A DNA stretch of 64,000 nt from Eledone cirrhosa. Its lineage: Eukaryota. The stretch spans positions 68,882,001-68,946,000 of the forward strand of contig OZ024743.1 of NCBI GenBank assembly GCA_964016885.1. Direction: 5' to 3'. A program made the translations under genes and the position numbers. Shown here one piece after another: positions 41,213-56,188 of the stretch; position 1 is the stretch's first letter, and each line of letters begins with the position of its first letter. The notes below the pieces were generated by a model. It worked only from the letters and a program-made list of their open reading frames with translations. It did no database searches and was not told where the DNA came from.

Positions 41213-41462
41213 CTCTCTCTCTCCCCCACGTCTCGTTGATGATCAGAAACATGAGAGGAAACCCCGTCTTACTTTGACACACTATCGCCACCACTCTCTC
41301 TTTCTCTCTCCTCTCGTCTCTCTCTCTCTCTCCCCACGTCTTTCTCTCTCTCCCCCACGTCTCCCCCACGTCTCTCTCTCTCTCTGTCATTTTCTTACAC
41401 TCTTTTCTTTAACTACATTTCCTTCTTACTATCATTACATCCTATCTATCTATCACACACAC

Positions 41463-41599
<137 letters not shown>

Positions 41600-41609
41600 A
41601 TTATATATA

Positions 41610-41665
<56 letters not shown>

Positions 41666-41680
41666 ATATATATATATATA

Positions 41681-41777
<97 letters not shown>

Positions 41778-41857
41778 GTGTGTGTGATAGATAGATATGT
41801 TGATTTAAAACTGCACTATCCACAAGTGTTTTTTAGCCTTCATATCATGTTCTCCTG

Positions 41858-41924
41858 TTTTATCTGATGAAAACACAAATATTATTGCATGATGATGTTT
41901 GTTTTTGAAATGCGCATAATAAAA
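41858..41924 (+). ncRNA. Type I hammerhead in a ~180-bp island between two long (TA)n tracts
   Basis: TTTTAT-CTGATGA-AAACA...TGTTTtt-GAAA-TGCGCA-TA-ATAAAA. Confidence 0.75.
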
Positions 41925-41959
41925 TACATGGAACTCCTTTAACCATCTTTTGATCTTAT

Positions 41960-42093
<134 letters not shown>

Positions 42094-42104
42094 GCATTTA
42101 TATA

Positions 42105-42155
<51 letters not shown>

Positions 42156-42166
42156 GTGTATGCATA

Positions 42167-42197
<31 letters not shown>

Positions 42198-42202
42198 ATA
42201 TA

Positions 42203-42260
<58 letters not shown>

Positions 42261-42313
42261 TACACATATAATGCATACACATATATACATATATATATAT
42301 GTATATATGTGTA

Positions 42314-42360
<47 letters not shown>

Positions 42361-42378
42361 ATATATATATATATACAG

Positions 42379-42489
<111 letters not shown>

Positions 42490-42639
42490 TAGATATAGAT
42501 ATAGATATATAGATATATACTGTACATATATATATATAGGATGCGGATACGTGTGTGTGTCTGTGTGTACACACATATGTTTATATATTAATATATAAAC
42601 ACGAATGCACAGGTATAGTATGTATGAGAAAGTGTGTTA

Positions 42640-42900
42640 GAGAAAGTGAAAGAGAGATAGAGAGAGTGAAAGAGGGATAGTGAAAGTGAAAGAGGGATAG
42701 TGAAACTGAAAGACAGATAGTAAAAGGGAAAGAGGGATAGAGAGAGTGAAAGAGGGATAGTGAAAGTGAAAGAGGGATAGTGAAACTGAAAGACAGATAG
42801 TAAAAGGGAAAGAGGGATAGAGAGAGTGAAAAAGGGATAGTGAGAGTGAAAGAGGGATAGTGAGATTGAAAGAGAGATAGTGAGAGTGAAAGAGGGAAGG
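42640..42900. repeat. 20-bp purine-rich minisatellite
   Basis: AGAGGGATAGTGAAAGTGAA variants. Confidence 0.9.
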
Positions 42901-43234
42901 AGACAGTAATCGACAAATAAATAGAAACCTTTACATCATGAATACAATTTTTTTACACATACACACACACCACATATACAGACGTAGATATATGCGTGCA
43001 CATGCACATCTAATGTCATCTACACACACATACACCACACTTTCAGACGTAGACACGCAACCACATGCACATGAATATTGACCATAAACCTTTCAATACT
43101 GCCATTAACCCTATTAACACTAAATATTTCTTTATATGATAACATTAGACAGACAGATGGCTTTGTCTATACTGTTGTATGTCTAACAGACTCCTTGTCG
43201 ATATAAATGAGTGTCTAACAGACTGAGCATCAAG

Positions 43235-43660
43235 GCCAGACGGCATGACCATCTTCCTGTTCCGCGGTGGCATACTCTTTGTCTGGGATGCCACTTGCAG
43301 CGACACTTTCTCCAGCTGCAACCAGGTGCAGTCTGCGACTAACCCAGGTACTGCTGCACGTCGGGCTGAGGAGGCCAAACTCTCCAAGTACCGGTCGCTC
43401 TCCGACAGGTTCGGGGTCGTGCCCTTTGTAGTGGAGACTTCTGGTGTCCTTGGCCCTAGCGCTACTTCCCTATTTACCAGCATAGGCGCTGAGCTGGCCA
43501 GCCGCAGGTGTGTGCCTCGCGAGTTGGAATGGCTCATCCAGTGCATCTCCCTTACCATCCTCCAGAGTAACGCCTTCTCCATCCTGTCCGCCGGGCCTGT
43601 GGGGAGGCCAGCACGTGGGACCCCATTTACTCACCATACAGATTAATAAGTTAGAGTTAT
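43235..43660 (+). pseudogene. CRE-clade non-LTR retrotransposon restriction-like endonuclease (PD..D) C-terminus
   Basis: RPDGMT..F..G...VWDATCSDT...AARRAEEAKLSKY...F.PFVVETSGVLGP...LIQCISLTILQSNA. Confidence 0.82.
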
Positions 43661-43959
43661 TACTGAATGTGTGTCTAGCATGCTCACTGACATTTTGACA
43701 GTGTGCTTGTTTCTATGTCCCTCCCTCCATTTATCTATCCATCTATCTTCCCAGCTTACTACATGACCACGTATCGATCTAGCATTTCTCTCATCTGAGA
43801 TAAATATACTGGTATAGATATTTATATACAGGTATCTGTGGTGTATATGATTCGATTCCTCAAAGCGCCCGATGGCAACTTACTTCTCCGCTTTCAAGGA
43901 GCTTTACCCTGCTTTATAAGCTACACTATAGCAGCACGAAGGAACATGCCAATCTTTAC

Positions 43960-45025
<1,066 letters not shown>

Positions 45026-45086
45026 TATATATATATTGTGGAATAAAATAGGACGATTGGTTACTCCTTCATTACGTTTATTGGTT

Positions 45087-45171
45087 GGTGACACGCGTTT
45101 CTCCACTGATCAGCTCAAGGTTCGATCTGTATCGATGTAGCCCAACTCTGTAATCGGCGGCTCGTCAGACC
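45087..45171 (-). ncRNA. Hammerhead with long helix II (homologue at 55489-55573 on plus)
   Basis: Reverse complement GGT-CTGACGA-GCCGCCGATT...GATCAGTGGA-GAAA-CGCGTG-TC-ACC. The homologue has helix III ACGCGCGT. Confidence 0.7.
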
Positions 45172-48100
45172 CCTAACAATGGTAATCGTCCTTGTTATTT
45201 TATTTCACTATAATACACTCTGTCTAGCTCTACACCTCGACACTGAAGTGAACTTAAACATTGAGTGCCCACCCAGGTGAACCTAGAGTAACTCCAAGTT
45301 ACACTCACCGGATATATATATAGAGATACAGAGAGAGAGTGTGAGAGAGAGAGAGAGAGGGAGAGAGGGAGAGAGAGAGATAGTGTGTGTGTGTGTGTGT
45401 GAGATAGTGAGTGAGAGAGAGGGAGTATATAATGTCGACCGTGAACCGAGCGATCTCAACTTGCTAAACACAAAGGGAAATGCTTGGCGTCACTGTCAGT
45501 TTTATATCTTCCCCTATACCTACTCTGCTTCTTCTCTTGGTTAATGGTCTCCCCAATATCTGAACCGCAGCCTCTCTCTCGGTGTTTCTTTCTTTATATA
45601 TATAATGTGTCTATATTATATAGATGTACTGGGTAATTGCTGGCCTTGTGCCAAAAGTAGAAACAATTATATACATATATATATAAGCAGACACACATAT
45701 ATTATTTCCTGGTCATCTGAGGAATTAAGCACGTGTCTGTGTGTCTACGAAATTGAGTAATAGCCTCGAGTCAACCGCTTACCTACAAATACACACAGTC
45801 TCCGCCACACTTAGGTGTATATATGAGTGTATCTATGACCATAATATGTGTGTGTATGTATATAATGTATGTATGTGTGTCAGAATATAGGTGTATGTGT
45901 AAATAAATGTGTGTGTCTATCGTGTACTGCGTGTGATTAAATCACAAGTCATAATTTAAAATCAATAATGTAATTGTCTGTAGTAGTAAATTTCAGGAAC
46001 TTCTCAGTTTATTAGTGAATACTTAATAACAGAGAATCGTAGCTATTCTTTGAAGATATCACATTTCCTTTTCGATTTTCCTAACTGTCATCTTCAGAGA
46101 AACACTTTGAAAATTATTGATAAATGGAATGTAAACATTCTTTGATAACAGCATGTGAACTAAAAGACTATCTGTGGTTTCATAGATATGTTCTTTCTGG
46201 CAAATATTTCAAATACCTGTGCTTTTCTTTCCTAAAATGTTCACCATTACAATCAGGCATTCAAAAGAATAGCTAACCGACTGTTTCCTATTTGGGCTTG
46301 GTCGCTGTCGAATACATTGGTGTCCTTGATCCCCGAATTGCCGTTTTGCTCCACAAAATCGGTAGGAATGCATCCCGTGTGAGCAGGTTCTCCATTGTAA
46401 TATTCCCTATTACGATCAGTCATTCACGAGAAATACTAATCGACTGCTTCCTATTCCGGCTGGTCGATGTCGAAACCACGTGGATCCAGGGTATCCCAAC
46501 TGCCGTTTTCCTCCACAAAATCAAAAGGAATGCATCCTGTCTGAGGAAGAAGCATCGTGACGTATAATGGTTGTGGTAGCGGGTGTTGCTTGCTGTTCAC
46601 CAGTGTGCAGCTGAGATATACCACCTAAGCTACTGTAAAATTTCTGCCAGTCGATCCCCGCTTTCCATTACATTTGTTATTAATTTCTTCTCTGTTTTTC
46701 ATGTAACAATTTTATACTCACCACGTTTATCTTTCGCTGCACATTTTGGTTTTTTAATTCACAGAAAATCTTTACTCTTGGACTGTTTTTCTTGATGCAA
46801 CCGTAATTTGAGTTTCTTCCCTTGCTTCTAATAGACTCTTATAAACTTAACTTACATTTTATTCTAACCTCAATGGAAGACTTTGAAAATTTTTGATGAA
46901 TTGAATGTAGAGATCCATTGATAACATGATAACGAAAGAACTGTCAGTGGCTTCTCAATTATGTGTTTAGTGGCAAGAATGTCAACTCCCTCTACCGCAC
47001 TTCATCCAAATGATCAACACTATATTCAGTCATTTTTTAGAATGACGGGTTAATTCACCAATTCTATACACACGTCGTCTATCTCTTAAGCCCATAATGT
47101 GTTCACATGTAATATCTACTCAAGGATGATATAACCACAAAATGTAATATTTACTCTAGTACGATATAACCACAAAATTAAATTTCTTACCTTGTTTTCA
47201 ATAGCCTCACACTATCTTAAACTATGTGTTTCTCTCCAAATATATACTGCATTATTTCTTTCAAGCATTCTTGATCTAATAACATGGAGGTTTTATGTCC
47301 CGTTTGTTTTTACATAATAGTTAAACATCTATCCTGGAGCCGATAAATGTTTAGAGTGTATATAATATTTTTTCTATATCCCCAGCTTGTGAGATTGATG
47401 TAGTAGATGTGCTATTTCGACATCTGTATTCTCTAGGTCAATGTATGCTGGAAAGACATATCAGAGTGTCACAGATGTGGAAAAGAATGATGACAGCGTA
47501 CAGTTTTCTGTATAGTAATTAGAACGGAGGTGAGATACAATGTGAAAGAGAGGAAGATAAATGTTGTTGGAGATTCGTCGGTTCGAACATCGAGGGGTCT
47601 ATTTGTTTGATCAAGTGGAATACCTTGCTCAAGACATTACTGTGTAATTGTCAATGAATTCCAAAGACACTGGTACGCTTAACACAATGTTCAGGGAGAT
47701 TCATCGTGGCACGTGTGTTGCGACTGGTAATATGAATTGCAGGTACAGATCACTTTCTTTCTAACTGAGTAGACTGGAACAGCATGGAATGAAATGTCTT
47801 GCTCAAGGACGTAATGTGGTACAGGGAATCACTCGTGAATCTACGATCATGGGCCAAATACCTTAACCATTTGGCCATGTGTCTTTACGTAGGAAGAAAT
47901 AGGATTGCTGTGTCAGGTTGCGTTAGCTGTAGGATGAATGTAAGCATAGATCATGCTACATCAGATTAACAAGAGACTTTGATGTAACTTTCAGTTGATC
48001 GTTGGTGTCAATAGGTTAGTAACAATACTAAAGAGATTGTGTTTTGTTGTTGTTGTATGTTTGACGTCATCAATGTTGTTATAGCAGTATCTTCCATCAG

Positions 48101-48951
48101 AAACTTTATTCACTGCAGTACTTGCAGTTTAACTTTGCACAATACCAAACACATAAATATGGTTGTGTTGGTCAGAATCTACCAGCACAGTGTATTAAAG
48201 GCATAATTGAAATTGAGATCAAAGAAAGCAGTCAATCATGATTCCTAATCACAATCATCATCATGCTATTTTTGTTGTTATGTAAACCCGAGAGTAAGTT
48301 TTGTTTTAACAGACCCATGACACATATTTAGTAATACATAGTATCTAGGCGCCACACAGAGGTTGTTTGTTCCAGTTAGATGTCGTAATTTTCCGATAGA
48401 GTTCAAATGTGGTGATTCTACTCGGGTTACTGTATGTCGAATTCACCCACTCAAACAGCATTAAAACCTGAATATCTCGTCTACCGTAGTGACATATTAC
48501 ATTAAGGTAATATATTCTATCGTCGGAGGGCCCGAAAAGGGTCATGATCTGTGTCATTCCTCGTGATTGAGTGATAATTAAAACAGGTGAGATACTACAT
48601 AACAACTGCCATGTTGGCTCAACACCCGTGTATATATTAGTAGAGATACATCCGTTAGAATGGGTGGCTAATACACCAGTATGGTTCTCTTGTTGACTTG
48701 TCTATCTGTATACATATTCGCACATTTACCACCCATGTGTGGGCGTCTATCCACAGTGCTATATTTACTTAGAAGACGTAATAAGTAATTTGAGGAAACC
48801 CATGTGTATTAACAGATCTATTGAAATTGTTTATTTATTTCCTGTTCAAACATCGTATTCGTATTTGAATAGAGTGTTAAGCAAGACAGCCATAGTGACA
48901 AAAATCCAAACTATCAAAAACACACATTTCTATAAATATATGCACATATTC

Positions 48952-49012
<61 letters not shown>

Positions 49013-49015
49013 TTA

Positions 49016-49099
<84 letters not shown>

Positions 49100-49101
<2 letters not shown>

Positions 49102-49330
49102 GTATAAAATCAATACAATATAATTACCTCATTACCAGAGGTTTCCCGAATGAGGCGAATACGAAATACATTTTGCTCTGATACTTACATATTTCGTATT
49201 CGCCTCATTCAGGAAACCTCTGGTAATGAGGAAATTATATTGTATTGATTGTATACATTAAATTTTGCTCTGATACTTACATAGAGCACTCTTCATTTCT
49301 ATGACCTTTTCTGTTTCCAACTGAAATTTC
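49100..49330. repeat. (TA)n-flanked short fold-back
   Basis: 49100-49168 is inverted at 49190-49258. ATTTTGCTCTGATACTTACAT is directly repeated. Confidence 0.8.
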
Positions 49331-49334
49331 AATA

Positions 49335-49392
<58 letters not shown>

Positions 49393-49395
<3 letters not shown>

Positions 49396-50045
49396 TTAGA
49401 AAATATTTTTTGGAGGAGGAGATATATGAGTCAAGATACTTGTAATCTTCCACCTGATTAAGGGTGGTACCATTAAGGGTTCTGATGGGGTAGTTTGGGC
49501 TGTTTGCGCATCTGTTCACACACTCAGTCTTGGATTCGTTGAGGTACAGTCCAACACAGTTGGACGCTTGCTCTAATGACTTCAAAAGACTCTCAGCATT
49601 TTCCAGTGACCGACTGATCAATGCGATGTCGTCAGCAAAGTCAGTGTCGGTCAAGTATTTTGCTGGGTAGCGTGAGCTTCTCCTAGGTTGTAGTTGGTAT
49701 CCCCTATCCTGAATCCTATCCACAGACATGCGCAAAACATAATCCACAACAATGATAAATAGATAGATAAGGAGCAAGGGTATCGCCCTGTAAAATTCCA
49801 GCGAGGATTGAGAAAGGTGGTGTTTCCCCATCTGGGGTCAGGACAGTTGATTTGGTATCTGTATACATTACACGTATGGCCGCGATGATTTTATCAGGAA
49901 TCCCATAGAGTTGTAGAATTTCAAACATTCCCGACCTGTCAACTGAGTCGAAGGCTTTTGAAATATCAACAAAGATGAGTGCAAGGTCTAGATTGCGGTT
50001 TTGGGACTCCTCTATAAGTCGGCGAAGGCAGAGAATCTGGTCAGC
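49393..50045 (-). pseudogene. RTE-clade LINE reverse transcriptase (inverted 5' segment)
   Basis: FVDISKAFDSVDR, GILQGDTLAPYL, DTDFADDIAL, GLYLNESKT, VEDYKYLDSYI. One frameshift. Confidence 0.92.
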
Positions 50046-50535
50046 GTGCAATGACATGCACGCCATATGGACATCTCAACTTACCAACAAGCTAAAACTG
50101 GAAATATTCCAAGCAACCATTAAGCACATATTACTTTATGGATCCGAAACTTGGACACTAACATCACAACTTGAGAGGAGATTTGATGGCACATATACCC
50201 GCCTCTTAATAAGAGTGCAAAACCTATCCTGGAAACGACATCCCACCTTGTCTAAAATCTATGGCAAACTCCCTCGAGCCTCTGCCCTTCTAAAATCCCG
50301 GAGAGCTCAATTTGCTGGCCACTGTCACAGTGCCAGCAATGAAATCATATGCGCTCTCTTGCTCTGGAACCCTGACTCCAGCCTGACTAGGAGTAGAAAG
50401 CTGTCATTCCCTGACGTTATCTCTAGGGATACGGGAGTCAGCAGACAGGACCTGGGGGCAGCGATGGGGGACAGGGGATTCTGGGGCATGAGAGTGAGAT
50501 CCATCATCTCCACAGTAGTCGACGAGTGATGATGA

Positions 50536-50538
<3 letters not shown>
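50038..50538 (+). pseudogene. RTE-clade LINE C-terminus with (GAT)n tail
   Basis: ILLYGSETWTL..LE.RFDGTYTRLL..AGHC, ending in GATGATGAT then (TA)n. Confidence 0.9.
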
Positions 50539-50571
<33 letters not shown>

Positions 50572-50578
50572 TTATATT

Positions 50579-50612
<34 letters not shown>

Positions 50613-50613
<1 letters not shown>

Positions 50614-50910
50614 TGGTAAACAGAAAAGAAAATGCTGACAAATTGTTCCCAGTGAAAAATAGTTTAATTAGGAATAAGTAAAAATTAGTAATAGTATTGG
50701 TTAGTATTCAGTTTTGGTTTTAAGTTTTACCGGTTGCGCATTTCTAATGCTTTTCAAAAATAATTTTGAGATAGAGCCCCCGTGATGTTTGCTCTAATCT
50801 AATTTTTACTTATTCCTAATTAAACTATTTTTCACTGGGAACAATTTGTCAGCATTTTCTTTTCCGTTTACCAATATATTATAACTCGTGTGTTACACCT
50901 CTATTCTTTT
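50613..50910. mobile_element. (TA)n-flanked fold-back element (family also at 62149-62580)
   Basis: TTGGTAAAC.GAAAAGAAAATGCTGACAAATTGTTC is inverted at both ends. Confidence 0.8.
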
Positions 50911-51601
50911 AAATATATATATATATATATATATATACACTTATATATAAAGCTAGTTAGAGAGAGAGGGATAGAAAGAAGAAGAGAGAGAGAATGAGAG
51001 GGGGAGAATGTGTGTTTTCACACATACATACATATATATATCACGAATAAGTTAATCTAGTGATAGATGTACCTGCCGAATTTATTTATTTATTTAATTA
51101 GCTGTAACAAAAATGAACTGCCAAGGCAAACACTTTCAAATATTCTTCCCTACACAGAGAAATATGTGTAACTATTCTTATCCCGACATTTCACGACTCT
51201 TCTATGCTGATCACAGAATAACTATCTTTATGATTCTGTGTACATGTTTATATCAAAATCTATCCCAAGCCCGGGGTCCCATCACGTGGAGGTTGTCTTG
51301 GTTTTATTTGTGGTCAGTGACTTAAAATACTATCCTCCTCCGTCTTGACACGGTACCAGCTCGTCACAGAGTCCACCCCAGTTGCTTGTATTTATATCCA
51401 TTTGATGTGACTGTGAAAACATAAAATCAAATGTTCAGACCTGGAACGTGGGTGGAAATCACAATGTTTAAATTGGACAAGACCCCAGGGCGCCTCAGCG
51501 TTACACCAAGTGTTACTGATACATACATACAAACATACATGCATATGTACGCACGCACATACACATACATACATACATACATACATACATACATACATAC
51601 A

Positions 51602-51635
<34 letters not shown>

Positions 51636-51639
51636 CATG

Positions 51640-52130
51640 CCAATATAATATCAACGATTAGCGAAAAGGAGAATATTTATGCAGAACTGATGAGAAATCT
51701 GCAGAAACTCTACCCTGATTACACCTTCAGATTTATGCCTGTGATTATTCGGGCACTAGGGTACGTTAGTTACTGCCTCAATACAAATCTTGAGAAGCTG
51801 GGCTTCACAAGAACAGAAGAACACGACTAGTTAGGAAATTACAAGTACAATCCATTAATGGAACAGTAAAAATATGTAAAACATTCCAAAAAGTTTGCAT
51901 CTAATAACTGCATATACACATGTACAGATACAAAGCATATACACATGCACACATACAACTCAAAACATCCACCTCCACACATACAATAATATCCATACTT
52001 ACACATGCATGCAGACATGCAGACATATCTACTAGTTGATGTGTAAATTCCAATGAGAGAGTTTTGTATCCTATATTAGAAAGCGACTCTCTCTCTATTG
52101 GCAAACATTTGTGAAATTGTAAAACCAGAA
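51640..52130 (+). pseudogene. R4/Dong-like non-LTR retrotransposon 3' fragment inserted in (CATA)n
   Basis: EKENIYAELMRNLQKLYP....PVIIRALG...NLEKLG...LQ..SINGTVKICKTF, a REL-domain tail. Confidence 0.65.
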
Positions 52131-53259
52131 GAACATACATACATACATACATACATACATACATACATGCATACATACATACATACATACATACATACAT
52201 ACATACATACATACATACATACATACATACATACATACATAAATACATACATCCATACATACATATATAGTAACACTGAAGCAACAATCTTCAACAGAAT
52301 AAAAAGGTCAGCAACCATCTTACCTAGGTCTATGAGCAAGAAGGAAATAATTGTTTCTACTTTTGGCACAAGGCCAGCAATTGTCTCAGTGTATTACTGG
52401 TACTTTATTTTATCGACCCCGTAAGGATGAAAGGCAAAGTTAACCTCGGCATCATTAGTTTAGCCACTTATCTGGAGTAGAGATAAGGAAGAAGGACTGA
52501 TATAGATCTCTCTCCCAGGGAAATTGGAAGATCCTATTCAATGTTCGAACAAGATAAACAAAATGGATCAATGTACAGAGAAAGTTCTGCATGTACTCGA
52601 AATTACGAGACAGAGAAACATACAAGATGGCTGCTACTCGATGTCGAGTAATGCCATCGCTTGATACTGAAGCATGAGCAGCACGGCCGTGGTTTTCAGT
52701 TGTTAGATAGGTGCATATACATAAAATATATACATACACACACACATACACATACATACGTACATACATAAGCACATTCATACATACATACATATATACG
52801 CACGCACGCACGCACAAACACATACATACATACATACGTACGTACATACATACATGCATACATACATACATACATACATACATACATACATACATACATA
52901 CATGCATACATACATACATACATACATACATACATACATGGCACGCTTATATTCTATTGAATGTTTGATGATCACACTGCACATTTCTTTGAACAGTATG
53001 CGCATTTAAATAATATGAAGCATCTTTGCTATCCTGTTACCGGAAGGAATTAGCATGAAACGGAAGTAGTTTGGTGATGACTGAGACAACAATATGTGGG
53101 GAGGGGGAGGTATGTATGTGTGATGATTATGGATTTACATCAGTGCAAATTGTCATTTATTAAAAAGAGTACTCAATATATTTAGGTAGATTGAAATATC
53201 ATATATTCTGATTTCCGTTCTCACAACCACACACACAATGTACACAGACACACACGCAC

Positions 53260-53297
<38 letters not shown>

Positions 53298-53638
53298 AAA
53301 TATATATATATGAGATATTTATTTAATAATGTCTCATATAAAATAATACAACCAGTTATCCACGAAATACTGATTAGTTAGCACCCCAAACACTAAATTG
53401 GGATAATACTTAGGTATATCCTCATGTTTGTTGAGTGAGATGGAGTTGGTCGGAGTATCGCTTAAGGCTTTCTCTGTTTATGTATTGAGTATATATATAT
53501 ATATATATGCATATCGAAACGGCTTGAGCTCTGTCGTTTGGGTCTTGAACATTTTCCTATTACCCATACAACTACCCTAAGTATTGAGTACTCTGGTGTA
53601 TTATGGCCCAGGTGGTTCCTTATCACAGTTCCTTCGTT

Positions 53639-53669
<31 letters not shown>

Positions 53670-53860
53670 CAAACACCCACACTTCCACACATACATATGT
53701 AAGTAGGATTTAAACAAGGTAGAACATTCTAGAATGAAGGTGAAGGTGAAGCTAATAGAATATATTCGACATATTATTCAGGTATATATAGTCGTGGACT
53801 TAACACATCGCCCGGTCCGAACCAACCACTGTACCTTCCTCAACTTAGTTCTCTATTGTT

Positions 53861-54060
53861 NNNNNNNNNNNNNNNNNNNNNNNNNNNNNNNNNNNNNNNN
53901 NNNNNNNNNNNNNNNNNNNNNNNNNNNNNNNNNNNNNNNNNNNNNNNNNNNNNNNNNNNNNNNNNNNNNNNNNNNNNNNNNNNNNNNNNNNNNNNNNNNN
54001 NNNNNNNNNNNNNNNNNNNNNNNNNNNNNNNNNNNNNNNNNNNNNNNNNNNNNNNNNNNN
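53861..54060. other. Assembly gap (200 N)
   Basis: Run of n. Confidence 1.
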
Positions 54061-54510
54061 GGTGACCCAGCAAGAGATGATACGGTGATAGGTGCAACCT
54101 TTTCTTCAGTTCATATATAAACTATGAAAAGTATCGAAGAAGTAATGGTAAATTAATATGATTTCCTATGTTATCTGTAATAGTTTTAATCTAATTTTTT
54201 TTATGAAATAAATTCGACGGTGAACGAACTCAGTAAACGTGGTTGAAGAAGACGAAACGGAAAATTAATGACTTTTATAATAAGTTTACAGGAAATTAGA
54301 GAGTGGAGATAAAAAAACAAGATTCATACAGTAGCTGTTATATAAAGTTAACAAATACAACTATATCATCTATATATCTGCTGTATAGTTTACCTAATAC
54401 ATAACAAAATAATATAGTAATAGATTATTACTGATTCTTAATTTATTCATACCCAGTGGAATGGAAAGCAAAGTCTACTTCATTTCAGCGAGATTTTTAA
54501 CAGATTATGG

Positions 54511-54598
<88 letters not shown>

Positions 54599-54697
54599 TT
54601 TACATACATATATATATACACACACACACACACACGCACATATATATATATATATTTATATATATATATGTATGTGTCATGTGTGTGTGCGTGTGTT

Positions 54698-54765
<68 letters not shown>

Positions 54766-54995
54766 TATGTATTTATATGTATGTGTATGTATATATATAT
54801 ATATATATATGTATGTGTATGCATGTGTATATATATGTATGTATCTATGTATCTATGTGTCCATGTGTGTGCGTGCGGATGTATTGTGCACACTGTAAAT
54901 AAAGGTGAATCGAAGAGTGTTGCAGCATATGTATAAACTTTATTGGCATATTACCTTTGATTCGATATCGATCAGCTCGGGGTACAATCAATATT

Positions 54996-55220
54996 AGGGC
55001 GGTGGATTGGCAGCATCGGTAGAGGGTCGGATGCCCTGCTTTGCAGTATAGATTTACGGCCCTTTATGATCTGAGCTCAAATGCCGCCGAGGTTAACTTT
55101 GCCTTTCATCCTTACGGGGTCGATAAAATAAAGTACCAGTCACGCACTGGGGTCGATTTAATTTTTTTTCCACTCACCCAGGGTTGCTGGCCTTGTGCCT
55201 ATATAAGAAACCATTATTAC
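54996..55220 (+). mobile_element. tRNA-derived SINE inserted into an HHR-bearing inverted element
   Basis: 24600-family sequence. Flanks 54920-54985/55225-55260 are inverted relative to 55300-55395. Confidence 0.8.
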
Positions 55221-55305
55221 CGGGCCGGACTCTTCTTCATATCCGCTCAGATATGCGAATTTATATGGGTAAAGAATTTAGATGTGTAATTGCACATACA
55301 CACTC

Positions 55306-55388
55306 GCATATGTGAGGAGAAGAAGAGTCGAGACCCATCATTTCCAATTTATTCTGAGCTGATCGATATCGAAACATTTGTAATATGC
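55306..55388 (+). ncRNA. Degenerate hammerhead
   Basis: GCATAT-GTGAGGA-...GATATC-GAAA-CATTTG-TA-ATATGC. The inverted partner at ~55240 preserves GCATAT-CTGAG. Confidence 0.6.
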
Positions 55389-55722
55389 TGCAACATTAAT
55401 TTCGATTAATATATTTCGATTAATATATATATTTCTACTAGCATTTTCTATATATATATATATATATATTTCTACTAGCATTTTAAGGGGTCCGTCGAGC
55501 TGCAGATTACAGAGTCGGGTAAGATCGATACAAATCGAACCTTGAGCTGATCAGTGGCGAAACGCGCGTCACCAAGCAATAAATGTAATGAAGGGATAAC
55601 CAATCGTTCTTGTTATTTTTCCAATGTAATTACACTCTATATAGCTCTACACCTCGACACAGAAGTGAACCTAAAAATCGAATGCTCACCCGGGTGAAGC
55701 TACAGTAACTCCAAGTTACACT

Positions 55723-55785
<63 letters not shown>

Positions 55786-55789
55786 TATA

Positions 55790-56172
55790 TTAGGATTGGT
55801 GCTCTGAAATAGCGATGTATACATGAATGTATGTATAGTATATTTTATTTGGTTATACATCGTATGGTTAATTAAACACATTTAGAAGACCATATGCTAT
55901 CAGTTTTAAAGTAGTGACTATGTCACTTCTTTTCGGTGAAAGAAGGGAGAGAAGCAGACAGTCTGTTTCACGCTGGTTGGCTTTCATCATAGCCACGTAC
56001 TCCTCTGCCTTCGCCGAAAATTATAGAAGCTGGGTTCTTGTAGAATTCCAGTAATAATATGAGTTGATTATACAGAGCGATTGCCGGTCCAGCAACAATT
56101 AGGTATTAGGATTGGTACTCTGAAATAGCTATAGTATATTTGGCAATATACCGTATGTTTAATTAAAAACAT
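55790..56172. mobile_element. Relative of the 310-bp HHR monomer (1.2 units)
   Basis: Same body as 19374. Minus-strand HHR GGCT-ATGATGA-..-GAAA-CAGACTG-TC at ~55953-55995. Confidence 0.75.
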
Positions 56173-56188
56173 TATATATATATATATA

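Noticed and set aside
40959-41290. Three copies of a ~60-bp motif containing CTGATGA
   Set aside because: No GAAA/helix III partner. It is a local duplication among CT repeats.
53734-54120. ORFs spanning 53734-54120
   Set aside because: Open only because of the N gap.
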